Shown: piece after piece, positions 12,031 to 24,600 of the stretch
How the letters are laid out: every line of letters begins with the position of its first letter
How positions within the stretch are numbered: the stretch's first letter is position 1
From: Octopus vulgaris
Lineage: Eukaryota
Direction of reading: 5' to 3'
DNA length: 64,000 nucleotides
Assembly: GCA_951406725.2 (NCBI GenBank)
Contig: OX597823.1
Span: forward strand, 5,270,001-5,334,000
Notes under the pieces: model-generated
Told to the model about the DNA's origin: nothing
Databases searched by the model: none
Seen by the model: the letters and a program-made list of their open reading frames with translations, nothing else
Program-made: the position numbers and the translations under genes

Positions 12031-15000
12031 CCCTCATTACCCTGTCTAGCTCAAACATTTTTTTCGTTTAGACTTGTCTCCAGGTTCATAGCCACTCTGA
12101 TTTTTCAATTTTTCAATTTTTCGTTTGGTATTGTCTCCCGATTCATACTAACCCATTTGCTAGCTCACGATTAACAGAACCTCTTTACTCAGCTACGGTG
12201 CACCCGCCCTCCCACCCCCACCACGCATGCCGGAAGTTCCTATTCTCTTCCATTCCGGGGTTGCTTCCCATGAAGACTGCAAATGCTCTCACCATCCCTA
12301 CCCCTCCCTACCCCTAGTCTCGACCTATGTAAGGTAATGTTCATACAGTGCAAAATATGAAAGGCTAGCGTTATGCAGGTTGTACTGAAGGCTACTTTAC
12401 TACTTCATTTTTTTGCACATGAATTCTGCCAAATGCGAGCTTTCTTTTCAGGTACACGAAGCTACTGTCCACCGTCCCAGGGTCTCTAGAGCCCATGCCT
12501 TCCACACCCTCAGGGTTGGCACCCTCAACGTTGGCACTCTGAAAGGTAGGTCTGGTGAGATAGTCGAGATGCTTGAACGGAGATGTGTGGATATATGTTG
12601 CATGCAAGAAATAAGGTGGAGAGGAGGATCAGCTAGGTTCCTCACAGGCAAGGAACGCAGGTACAAGATTTTCTGGGCAGGGAATACTGACGGGGTTGGT
12701 GGCGTGGGTATACTTATCGCTGAGAAATGGGTAGATAAAGTAATTGAGGTAATCAGAGTAAGTGACAGAATACTTAAGATTAGATTAGTGCTTCATCATA
12801 GTTTAGCAACCATTATATCAGCCTATGCTCCTCAGTCGGGGCTACCCGATGGACAGAAAGACCGATTCTATGACACTCTACTGCAGACTACCTCATTGAC
12901 GAACGACAGAGACCTTATCTTTGTGGCTGGTGACTTCAATGGTCACGTTGGACGACATGCTGGGGGCTTCCATGGCGTACATGGAGGCTACGGCTATGGC
13001 TCCCGCAACGAGGAGGGAACCAGGCTGCTGGAGTTCTGCGATGCAAATAATCTTATGATTTGCAACACTAACTTCAGGAAACCTACCAGCCACCTAGTCA
13101 CTTACCAATCGGGCCAACATACCAGCCAAATTGACTACATCCTTACAAGGCAAAGGGAGAGATGGCTGCTTATAAATGCCAAAACCTTCCCAGGTGAAGA
13201 ATGTACCCCACAACATAGACTGGTAGTTAGTGACTTTAGGATCAGGACTAGGAGGACAACCAGAAGACGACAAATATGGAGAAGAAGGATCTGGAAGCTT
13301 AAAGATCCTGCAAATGGACAGAGATTTAGGGACATATTACTTGAAGCCTCTGACGAAGTAGAAGGGGATAGAGCATCACAGGGGGTAGAAGACAGCTGGA
13401 CGTTTCTAAGGGACAACCTGCTGAGAGCCACTGACCAGATCTGTGGCTGGTGCAAAGTCCCCTCTCGACCTAGAATAACGTGGTGGTGGAACAATATTGT
13501 AGACAGGGCTATTAGAGAAAAGAGACAGGCTTGGAAGGTCTGGAAAAATGGGGGTAGCAGGGAATTGTATCAGACTGCCAAAAGAGAAGCTAGGAGACAG
13601 GTTTATTTAGCCAGAGGGGAAGCAGATAAGAAAAAATTTGCCAATGTTCTGCGCCGTGAGGACCAAAGACTGGAGGTGTTTCGTGTTGCAAGACAGTGTG
13701 TGAGAGAGAATCGTGATGTGGTAGGAGAGAAGTGTGTTCGCATGGAAGATGGTTCACTTGCGCTAAATGAGGATGCAAAGAGAGAGGTTTGGAGATGCCA
13801 CTATGAAAGGTTGCTGAATGAAGAAAATGAATGGGATAAAGAGAGTCTGCCGAATGTTGACCCAACAGAGGGACCAGCTATCCGAGTTGATAGTTCTGTG
13901 GTAGCTAAGGCAATTAGAAGCATGAAGACAGGGAAAGCCCCAGGCCCATCAGGAATCACTGCAGAGATGCTCAAAATGTCTGGTAGTGTCGGCTATAGCC
14001 TAGTCACCCATATAGTTAATCAGGTGATACACAAAGGGGTCATACCCAATGACTGGTGTAGCAGTATAATAGTCAACTGCTACAAAGGTAAAGGTGATGC
14101 CCTAGATACAAACAACTACAGAGGTATCAAGCTGTTGGACCAGGTGATGAAGGTTACGGAGAGGGTCATAGCCCAACTAATTAGAGAGAGAGTTAGTTTA
14201 GATGAGATGCAGTTTGGGTTTGTGCCAGGGAAAAGTACTACTGATGCTATATTCCTGGTAAGGCAGCTGCAGGAGAAATACCTAGCCAAAGATAAGCCCC
14301 TGTACCTGGCTTTTGTTGACATGGAGAAAGCCTTCGACAGGGTCCCCCGATCCCTTATCTGGTGGGCAATGAGAAAACTAGGGATAGATGAATGGTTAGT
14401 GAGAGCTGTGCGGGCCATGTATAGGGACGCCGCTAGTAGGGTGAGGGTTGGAAATGAGTACAGTGAAGAATTCCGGGTAGAGGTAGGGGTCCACCAAGGC
14501 TCAGTACTCAGCCCCCTCCTATTTATCATAGTCCTCCAGGCAATAACGGAGGAATTCAAGACAGGATGCCCTTGGGAGCTCCTCTATGCTGATGACCTTG
14601 CTCTAATTGCTGAGTCGCTATCAGAACTGGAGGAGAAGTTTCAGGTGTGGAAACAAGGATTAGAATCGAAGGGCCTCAGAGTCAATCTAGCTAAAACCAA
14701 AGTCGTAATCAGTAGGAAGGTAGACAAATCACAAACACCTTCAGGTAGATGGCCCTGCTCGATCTGTAGAAAAGGTGTAGGTAGAAACTCTATAAGATGC
14801 ACCAAGTGTAAGCTATGGACACATAAGAGATGCAGCAATGTCAAAGGAAGGCTAACTAGGAAGATGGTTTTTGTATGTGGCAGATGCTCAGGAACAATAA
14901 ACACTGAAAATGCTCTGAGACCAACTTCTGTCACTTTCCAGGGAGAAAAACTAGAAATAGTTGATAGTTTCCGTTACCTAGGTGACCAAGTCAGCAGCGG

Positions 15001-16151
15001 GGGCGGGTGTGCTGAAAGTGTAACTGCTAGAGTAAGAATAGCTTGGGCAAAGTTCAGAGAGCTCTTACCTCTGCTGGTGACAAAAGGCCTCTCGCACAGA
15101 GTGAAAGGCAGACTGTATGATGCGTGTGTACGAACAGCCATGCTACATGGCAGTGAAACATGGGCCGTGACTGCTGAGGATATGCGTAAGCTCGCTAGAA
15201 ATGAAGCCAGTATGCTCCGATGGATGTGTAATGCCAGTACTCACACTCGGCAGAGTGTAAGTACCTTGAGAGAAAAGCTGGACCTAAGAAGCATCAGTTG
15301 TGGTGTGCAAGAGAGACGTTTGCGCTGGTATGGTCATGTGGCGAGAATGGATGAAGATAGTTGTGTGAAAAAGTGCCACACCCTAGCGGTTGAGGGAACC
15401 TGTGGAAGAGGCAGACCCAGGAAAACCTGGGACGAGGTGGTGAAGCACGACCTTCGAACTTTAGGTCTCACCGAGGAAATGACTAGAGACCGAGACCTCT
15501 GGAAGTGTGCTGTGCGCGAGAAGACCCGGCAGGACAAGTGAGTCCACAACCCGTGGCCTTCTACATGGGATGGAGCCAGCCTACGTATGCATACCTTCCC
15601 TTCTTGGGACACAAAACTCTACTTGTGAAGACGTGTTGAGGCAAGTGAGGATCAGAATCGAAATCGATCAATGGAAATTGCGGATGTGCTACCAGTGCCG
15701 GTGGCATGTCGAAACTCTGCTTGTGAAGACCCATTGAGGCAAGTGAGGATCAGAATCGAAATCGATCAATGGAAATCGATCAATGGAAATTGCAGATGTG
15801 TTACCAGTGCCGGTGGCATGTAAGAGAACCTTCCGTTTCGCGACCGTTGCCAGCACCGCCCCGTTTCGTGTTCGTTGCCAGCCTCGCCTGGCCCTCGTGC
15901 CGGTGGCACATAAAAAACACCATCCGTTCGTGGCCGTTTGCCAGCTCTGGCTGGCACCAGTGCGGGTGGCACGTAAAAAGCACCCACTACACTCACGGAG
16001 TGGTTGGCGTTAGGAAGGGCATCCAGCCGTAGAAACACTGCCAGATTTGACTGGGCCTGATGAAGCCTTCTGGCTTCACAGACCCCAGCAGAACCGTCCA
16101 ACCCATGCTAGCATGGAAAACGGACGCTAAATGATGATGATGATGATGATG
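12031..16151 (+). mobile_element. Apparently full-length RTE-clade non-LTR retrotransposon (LINE), sense orientation in the Sulf intron
   Basis: Sharp composition change at 12031, intact ORF, ~600-nt 3'UTR and (TGA)n tail ending at 16151. The flanks rejoin as attataatt|aaggtggcatgctg, the same string seen uninterrupted at ~49075-49097. Confidence 0.93.
12419..15541 (+). CDS. LINE ORF: APE endonuclease + reverse transcriptase with embedded PHD-like finger
   Basis: APE motifs GTLNVGTL, MQEIRW, AYAP, GDFNGHVG, IDYIL. RT motifs KAPGPSG, YRGIKLL, QFGF, DMEKAFD, GVHQGSVLSPLLF, YADD, FRYLG. RTE-type C-terminus RLRWYGHV...GRGRPRKTW. First ATG at 12419; no stops or frameshifts. Confidence 0.96.
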   Translation: MNSAKCELSFQVHEATVHRPRVSRAHAFHTLRVGTLNVGTLKGRSGEIVEMLERRCVDICCMQEIRWRGGSARFLTGKERRYKIFWAGNTDGVGGVGILIAEKWVDKVIEVIRVSDRILKIRLVLHHSLATIISAYAPQSGLPDGQKDRFYDTLLQTTSLTNDRDLIFVAGDFNGHVGRHAGGFHGVHGGYGYGSRNEEGTRLLEFCDANNLMICNTNFRKPTSHLVTYQSGQHTSQIDYILTRQRERWLLINAKTFPGEECTPQHRLVVSDFRIRTRRTTRRRQIWRRRIWKLKDPANGQRFRDILLEASDEVEGDRASQGVEDSWTFLRDNLLRATDQICGWCKVPSRPRITWWWNNIVDRAIREKRQAWKVWKNGGSRELYQTAKREARRQVYLARGEADKKKFANVLRREDQRLEVFRVARQCVRENRDVVGEKCVRMEDGSLALNEDAKREVWRCHYERLLNEENEWDKESLPNVDPTEGPAIRVDSSVVAKAIRSMKTGKAPGPSGITAEMLKMSGSVGYSLVTHIVNQVIHKGVIPNDWCSSIIVNCYKGKGDALDTNNYRGIKLLDQVMKVTERVIAQLIRERVSLDEMQFGFVPGKSTTDAIFLVRQLQEKYLAKDKPLYLAFVDMEKAFDRVPRSLIWWAMRKLGIDEWLVRAVRAMYRDAASRVRVGNEYSEEFRVEVGVHQGSVLSPLLFIIVLQAITEEFKTGCPWELLYADDLALIAESLSELEEKFQVWKQGLESKGLRVNLAKTKVVISRKVDKSQTPSGRWPCSICRKGVGRNSIRCTKCKLWTHKRCSNVKGRLTRKMVFVCGRCSGTINTENALRPTSVTFQGEKLEIVDSFRYLGDQVSSGGGCAESVTARVRIAWAKFRELLPLLVTKGLSHRVKGRLYDACVRTAMLHGSETWAVTAEDMRKLARNEASMLRWMCNASTHTRQSVSTLREKLDLRSISCGVQERRLRWYGHVARMDEDSCVKKCHTLAVEGTCGRGRPRKTWDEVVKHDLRTLGLTEEMTRDRDLWKCAVREKTRQDK

Positions 16152-19100
16152 AAGGTGGCATGCTGAATTGTTAATATGTCAAGCAAAACGCTTAGAAGCA
16201 TTTCTTCTGACTCGTTACAAAATCTGCCCAGTTACCTTTGCTGTTCATCCTTTCCAGCGTTGATAAAATAAAGGACCAGCCAAGTACTGGAATCAATATA
16301 ATCAACTTACCCCTCCCCTCAAATTTTTTTGGCCTTGTGCCAAAAATTAGAAATTCTAATTATTTAGTCTCCCTCACCCTCGTCAGTATATGCTGTGATG
16401 TTATCTTTAAAATAACGAACCCAAAATTAACACTTGCATTTGTTATTACCAAATATAGCGATTATGGTTTGGTTTTGTTTATTAGAAATGAAAAGATATT
16501 TGTTGACAAATATTCTATGGTGCTGTTTACTAACATCTTCAACAATTATTAACTCTTGTGAAATACATGGATGACATTTCTAAGAGTGGAATTCTGTAAT
16601 TCCTGGTTCAGTATGGATTCATGTAATATGTTATGCTGGATCCTTAAACTTGATTTTAAAAATTGGTACTCTAAATTAAGACTATAATTATTTTTAAGAA
16701 TCCAGTTGCATGTTTGAAGAATCTGATAGTTTAGGTGCAGGCCTGGCTGTATGATTGAGAACTTTACCTCCCAACCACATGGTTTTGGGTTCAGTCCACT
16801 GCGTGGCACCTTGGGTAAGTGTCATCTGTTACCTTGGACCAACCAAAGCCTTGTAAGGGGATTTTGTTGATAGAAACAGAAAGAAGCCGATTGTGTGGTG
16901 TGTGTGTGTGTGTTTACCTTGACCTCACATCACTCTTTTTTCCAGATAGGAAGGCTATGTAGTCACCTCTACCACACCTTCTTCAATAATACACCCCACT
17001 CAGTTGAAGATGGTCGTATTTTGTGAGTACCTGGTAACCTTACCTGTGCTACTGCCATGATAAAAAGTGCCCACTACACTCTGTCAGGTGGTCAATGTTA
17101 GAAAGAGCATCAAACTGGAGAGACCAGCCACGCCAAAGCAGGTGTTGGAGCTTGACACAGTCCTCTAGTGGTCTCCTGTTGAATTTTCAATTCATACCAG
17201 CAGATATAAAAAAGGTCATTAATTGATGATGCTATATATATATATACACACACCCACACATACAGTATTGAACATACAAACCCATATTCTCTTAGGCTTA
17301 TAAATCACAGCTTGCCCACAAACTGGCAAAACACATAGCTTCTGTTTGTATGTTCGATATTGTTTATAACCCCCCCCCCCCGGGCTGCTTCTCATTCATA
17401 TTTGAACATTGTGTGTGTGCGTGTGTGTAAATATATATATATGGGGGTAAGTTTACTATCTCTTTCGTCTTGACATTGCATAATAGTTTTGAACAAGTTT
17501 CCTTATATTGCAAACAATGACCTCTGCTTCCAATCTTCCATGGAAAGATGCCTGGTTATGGAGGAGAGATTACCTTACTTGGAAATAGCTGAGGATTAGC
17601 AACAGGAAGGATATCCAGCCATAGAAAATTTGCCTTAATGAATTGCATCTGACTCCTGTAAGCATGGAAAAGTGGATGTTAAAGCAATGATGGTGGTATC
17701 TTCTCTCTTTGTTTTCTTAGCAATTTACCTTACATGCAGGACGACATTGCATATCTATTTGATCTTTTTCAACTCCTTTCTCCGCAGACCTCAACAGATA
17801 TTTTGCTTTTCTGTTTCACTACAACTAATATAAAACTGCTTACACATATATTTCCGACAAATTGATGCCAGCAGAGGTATTATTAGCTCTCTGGATTCCT
17901 TCTCATTTTTAACTCTTGTTCTTGTCCTTTCTCTACATCAGCAGTTCAGCTCCTTTGATAACTAACCTTGTATCTAGTATACAATCAACGTTAGAAAGAG
18001 TTCATAGTTTTCTTGCTGTTGAACGTGCCTTTAAATGGCATTTCAAGGTCTGGTGCTCTGAGTATCTTTCAGAGATTCCATTGCATCTTATGGTTCCTTA
18101 TTGCATCCTGTGTTTCCTCCGTGCTCTTACAGAATGCCCTCTTTCAAGTTCCCACCAGACAAACCTGCTTCCCAGATGATAAAAGGTTTTGTACTCTTAG
18201 TTTCTAATTCTTGTTAACCTCTAGACTTATGGACACTGTGAACCAGCAGACGAAGGACTGTTAACCTTTTGATACCAGTGCACTTGAGAACATCCCTGGT
18301 TCTATGACACAGAGTTCTTGTTTAAACGTGATCTAATCAGAATTTCATATTGATTTAAGTTCCAAATACCAGCTTAATAATGATCTTTTTGTAAATTCTT
18401 CATTGTTTCCAGAAATCATTGAAACAAAGGCAGCATATTTCAGCAGAAATATAACAAAGGAACTAAATTCCTCTGTTTATGAGAAAGAAAGGAAAGAGTT
18501 TATGGATGTAGCATGGCTGGATGGCTAAGAAGTTTGCTTAGCAATCTCTAGATCTCTGGTTCAGTCTCATTGCACGACATATTTGACTTATATCTGTTAT
18601 CATAAATCTTGGGTCAACCCAAGCCTTGTGAGTAAAATTAAGTGAATCAAAAACTGTGGAAACCTGTTGGATCTACACTGTAATGCAATTCAAAGATTCA
18701 GCTCTGCCACACTGTGTTATTCTGATTGAAAATTACATTTGGGGTACACATGTCTGTGGAATACTCAACCACTTGCATACTAATTCATTTAACATGTAGG
18801 TCAGTTAATCAATAAACTAAGCACTTACTGTCATATTATTTGTTTAGTGGTCAAATGGGTATATATATATATATATATATATAGTGTGTAGGTGTAAAAG
18901 TGAATTCATTGGCTGTTTTTGGATCATTTACTTCCAAATCCTCTGCAGATGGGGATTTTTGATGTTTTTAACAGGGAAAATAAAGCTGTCCAATTAAGAC
19001 AGTCAGAGTGCACCTAAATGTCAGGAATAGGATCAGATTGTCTGGGGGAAAGTCTGCAAGACTAGCAACTCATTATTAAAATAAGTTCAATCATAAATGG

Positions 19101-21297
19101 TCAATCATTAGCCATTTATCAAACCAGTGCATGGGGGTAGTGTGTGTGTGTGATGACTTGTATATGCACTCTTAACAGCAGATTTGCTTGTGTATATATT
19201 AATTGGTGCTGTGTTTTGTCTCTCCTTTAATGACAAATGTGTGTTCATAACACACCTGATTCATTGGTGCAAGTGACTCTGGGACAGCCTGTGTCTCATC
19301 AGCCAGAGGCATCCAGGCTACTGAATCATCAACAGTTGATGCTCCTGCATTTGCTGATCTGTGCTGCTGTCTGTCAATTGATAATGAATACTCAATTTCA
19401 CAGAATGTATAAGTACTGGGACTGGTGCTATGCAAAAAGCCCCCAGTACACTCTGTGAAGCGGTTGGCATTAGAAAGGGCATCCAGCCATAGGAACCATG
19501 CCAAAACAGACAATTGGAGTCTGGTGCAGCTCCTGTCATCATCCACCCCATGCCAGCATGGAAAATAAACATTAAATGATAATGAGTGTGTGTCAAACAG
19601 GTAATGTTCTAAGGTTATCTTTTCTTCACATTATCTCTAGTAAGAGTTTTTGTGCTCAATCTTTTAAATATGTTAAACATTAGTGAAGGCTAATTCAGTC
19701 CTTGCTGCCCTACTCAGGGGAAGTATGCGACCCTGAGATACCTTCGGATCATATAGAATAGTTTCTGATATTGCAATGACTTTAATCACCACTAAAGAAG
19801 AGCTTTACAACACCACTGAAGAACTTTTTGCAGTGTCTACTCAAGGCAGAGCCTCTCTGAGGCTTAATCACACCTGTGTATATGTCTGTTAAAAGCTAAG
19901 GTTACGTATTAGAGTGGCTTCAATTATTGAACTCTGTCATCATCGCTGCCATTGCCCTCATCATCATTTCCAGTCTTTTAACATTCACTTTTCTATAGTG
20001 GAACTGGTGGCACAGGTATTCTGTGTGACATACAAATGAATCTCTTCAATCCTTAACAGCTTGTGAAACCCAACATCCTGAGATCAAACCTCAGCCTTGC
20101 CCTCATTCTAATCAGTGAGTTACTTTTGATTCGATTCAATTTTTGTTTTCTTCCTTATTTCATAATCCTTAAGAACTACCAGAGAATCCTGTCACATTTC
20201 AGATATTCCATGTACGTGTTATGCGAGAAAATATTATTATTATTGGGCTGTTTATATTAACTTAACACCTTCCTGTTATCCTGTTAGGGTCAATGAAATA
20301 AAGTACCAGTCAAGTACTGGAGCCAATTGTATCAACTAACCTCCTCCTACTATAAAATGGCAGCTAACCCAGATGGACAACTTTAATAGAAAAGCCTATT
20401 ATTTCCATTGAGCTTGTGGCAAATATATTACCAGCTTTCTGCTACCAGAATTTCCCAGAAGTGTGGAAGATTTCACCATTGAAGTGGGTAATCCAATAAC
20501 TATAATATTGGTTGTTGGACCCTCATATGTTAAAATCAACAGAAGTGTTCATTTTATGTGTGTGTGTGTGTGTGTGTATGGATGGATGGATAGACAGACA
20601 AATAGATACAAGGGACCTGAAGCAGAATAGAGAGGATATATTATTGATGAGGTTGTGAATGGCACACAAAACTGGTTGATTAATTAACCAAATGATTATT
20701 TGTGTGATTGATTAGATAATTGGTTAAATAGTTAACCAACTGACAAATAATAATTAAAAAAAAAAATAAAGAAGTGAAATTAGAACCAATGCATGTTTGT
20801 GTTTATTGGCATAATGACCCTCCCTGAGATACCACAAAATGTTTCACACGAGTTCACATCAAGAATCTTGCAAAGAAAATAGAAGTATGTGTGTGTGTGT
20901 CTGAAACCGACAGGGACCTATTTACATTTATATATATATATAAGAGAGAGAGAGAGAGAGGTTCACCATTGTTTATTTCAGTTGTTCAGTCAATTAGTCT
21001 GTAAGTGGGTGAATGTCTCACAAATACCTGTACTCAATCACTCTGTACTCACTTGAATACAAACATCTTAACCACCCAGGCATGTCTGCATCTGTGGTGT
21101 GTGTGTGTGTGTGCACACGCACATACTCTCTCTCTCTCTCTCACATATGTCTAAAGTCATATTTTAGCTTTGATTTCTTTCTTTCTTAGACAAACAATAA
21201 ATCAGCTTTTCGCTAATCCTATTCATTCTTAGCATAAACTAAAAGATTACTTATTTGCTACATCAGTCTTCCTCACAATTATTATTATTATTATTAT

Positions 21298-21680
21298 GGT
21301 GAGCTGGAAAAGAATGGTTAGCACGCTGGGCGAAATGCTTAATGGTATTTCGTCTGCCGTTACGTTCTGAGTTCAAATTCCGCCGAGGTTGACTTTGCCT
21401 TTCATCCTTTCGGGGTCGATTAAATAAGTATCATTTACGCACTGGGGTCGATATAACCGACTTAATCTGTTTAGCTCCTTGTGGGTAGTAAAGAAATAGG
21501 TATTTCGCCTGTTGCTATATTCTGAGTTCAAACTCTGCTGAGGTCGACTTTACCTTTCATCTTTTCGGGGTCGATGAAATAAGTACCAGTTGAACACTGG
21601 GGGTCGATGTAATTGACTCATCCCCTCCCCCAAAATTACTGCCCTAGTGGCAAAATTTGAAACCATTATTATTATTATTA
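21298..21680 (+). repeat. Young dimeric Nin/Deu-type SINE
   Basis: CpG-rich copy with the core gcctttcatcctttcggggtcgat present twice; (ATT)n on both sides. Confidence 0.8.
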
Positions 21681-24600
21681 TTTTCACCCATGTTGCAGGC
21701 ATGGCTGTATGGTTAAAAAGTTTGCATTGCAACTGTGTGGTTTTGAGTTCAGTCCTACTGTTATAGCCGTGGGCCAACTCAAGCTTTATAAGTAACCTGC
21801 AAGACAGAAACTATGTAGAAGTCCATCATGTCGTGTGTGTGTGTTTGTGTTTGTGCCCTCCACTGTTTGGCAACCGGTGTTGATTTGTTTCAATCTCCAT
21901 AACTTAAAGGTTTGGCAAAAGAGAATGATAAAATAAGTACCTTGGTAAATCTATTCAGCAAAAGCCCTTCAAATTGGTGCCCCAGCATGGCCACTATCCA
22001 ATAACTAAAATAGGATAAAAGATAAACTAACAAGTACTCACACATAATTTGAGCCATTTCAGGTTTTTGGACAGAATAAACTTTTGTCGTTCAGATTCTT
22101 TAAATTTCTTGCCGTCCGGTGTACAACAGGATTAATTAATCTTGATGGTCGAAACGATCTGTAAACTCTAATGACAGTTCTTTGATATTGTTTTTAAGTA
22201 GTAGCAGCATTATTAAGTTTCTCATTACTAACCCATCTGAATCTGCCCCTGGTTCTTTAAATGAAACTCCCTGTGATATAAAACCTTTCATCAAAATTCA
22301 TGTTAATTTATGTTCTAAACTAAAGGAGGGAGCTGGCACAATTGTTGGCATGCCAGGCAAAATGCTTAGCGACATTTTATCTGTTTTTATGTTCTGAGTT
22401 CAAATTCTGCCAAGGTCAACTTTACCTTTCATCTTTTTGGGGATCAATAAAATAGGTACCAGTCAAGCATTGGGGGTCAGTGTAATCGACTTTACCCTTA
22501 CCTTGAAGTTTCTGGCCTTGTGCTAACATATGAAACCAATTTATACTCCAAACACCAGATTAATAATGACAAACTTACTTTCAGAATTAACTGAAGCAAA
22601 AGATTTGAATTATCTCATCTACAGAAGGCCTCACACTTTCAATTATTCTCTTTTATTTCTGATTAATAACTTATTTATTTGTATATTTCTTTACATTCTT
22701 TCTATTTTTGCATTTTCTGAAATATCAGAAAATTTTCCCAGTCTGTTTGATGTGCACAAATATTTTTTGCTTTTAATACTTACTAAACAATATTGTATTC
22801 TGTTTTGTTCTGTGTCAAAGGCTTCCTTTTAGGTTAAAACAAAAAACAAACAAAAATTCCTGCAGCTTTTTTAAATAATATCCTGACAACTGCCATTAGC
22901 AAACTGTTTCTGTGAAGTGTTATTTATTGTTTAAACAAAACTATTGAAGGTTTTGGATTTACATCAATTTGTCAAAGATGGAATGCATCAAGAGACACAA
23001 AAAACCCCACCATTATCAGAAGATTCCATCAGTGGTCAATTACTTTCCAGAAATTGAGTAAATATTTCTGGGAGCAGTTCTTGTTCCAAAAGTACACTGA
23101 TTGGTCTTTGATTATCATTATAGTAAGATCTTAATTAAAGTGGTGAGCTGGCAGAATCGTTAAAACATTGGAAGTAAAAAATGCTTTGCATTATTTGTTC
23201 CAACTATTTACATTCTGATTTCAAATCTTGCCCTGGTCTCCATTGCCTTTCAACTTTTCAGGGTTGATAAAAATTAGTACTAGTCAAAAACTGGGATCAG
23301 TGGTATCAACTACTTGCTCTTCCCTCAAAATTCTTGGCCTTGTGCCTAAATCAGAAACCATTAACTCATTTGATACTATATTTCTGTTGAAAGATGCTGT
23401 ATTTTTTAAAATTGAATTTTAAAACAATGACGAATTTAGTAAAATAATTTTGTCATTATTAACCCTTTTGTTTGGAACATAAATTAATGTGAAATTTTGA
23501 TGGAAGGTTTTAATTTAGATCCCTAAGTCTTTTGTGATATTTCTGTTGAAATACGTGGCCTTCATTTCAATTAGTTTTGAAAATAATGAAGAATTTAGCA
23601 AAAATAATTTTGTCATTATTGAACTGGTGTTTGAACATTGACATGAAATTTTGATGCAAGATTTTAATTTAGATTGCTGGATGTGTTTGTATCATTGAAC
23701 AAGGAGCAGTCACAGGGAGGTTGGTATCAAAAGGCTTAAGATCACAATGACACAAGTTTTCTCTAACTGAATGTTATATAACATCCTGTTAATTATGATC
23801 CATTTTGATAGATGTGAATTTGCTGGTTAGATTGTGTTTGTAATGTGCAGCAGGTGATGGTCTTTTCTTTTGATTGTCAAAGAATAATCCTTTACAGCCT
23901 TACTATTAACTTTGTTATCATTAATATTGTCAGTTTGTTTGCTATGTTGTACAGTCCCCAGAGAATTACTCCTCTTTAGCTATCTTACTTTTAGGCATAT
24001 TCTCTGTTAACATTCAGCCCTAGCTGTTCTCCACCACTTCCCCCTGACACCTCTCTACTCTAATAATCACGACCACATATACCGTTTCTTATATTCCCTT
24101 ACAACTCAACTCTGCACCACTTTGTCAATCACCTGATTCTTCTAGATCCCATGTCTTCCCTGCCCCCTTAATCAGTCAATCCCTTAGCTCTCCTATTGTA
24201 ACCTTAGTGTTTTTTTTTTTTTACCTATTTCACCACTTCAGCTATTTCTTCTCCACTTCTATTCACTGGCACTTTTCTCACTCATTCACCAATTTCTCTT
24301 TATACACAAAACAAAATTCTTTTACTGAAGCTGTTTAATCTTTCTACATTATAAAATACACTTTCAGTCCTACCCTGATTTTGCTTGAAGTGATTATCTC
24401 CCTTCCAAATAACTTGCCACCAGAGTGCATCCTGTGTCTGAATTAAAGTAATGACATGAAGAACACTTTTGCAAGGTTGAAGTGATTTGCATGTAGGAAA
24501 TTTCTCTCTCTTTCTCTACTCTTTCAATTGCTGAAACAGAAACGAAAAAAAAAAACACATTCCATGAATGTCTTCTAAACTGAAATTGTTTTTCATCTAG

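Noticed and set aside
15614-15980. CRISPR-like repeat-spacer look of the LINE 3'UTR
   Set aside because: Irregular, diverged internal repeats of a eukaryotic LINE with no cas genes.
12392-16101. Antisense and 3'UTR ORFs overlapping the LINE
   Set aside because: Shadow frames of GC-richer sequence with no motifs.
21298-21400. tRNA genes
   Set aside because: A/B boxes belong to SINE heads, and no cloverleaf can be completed.
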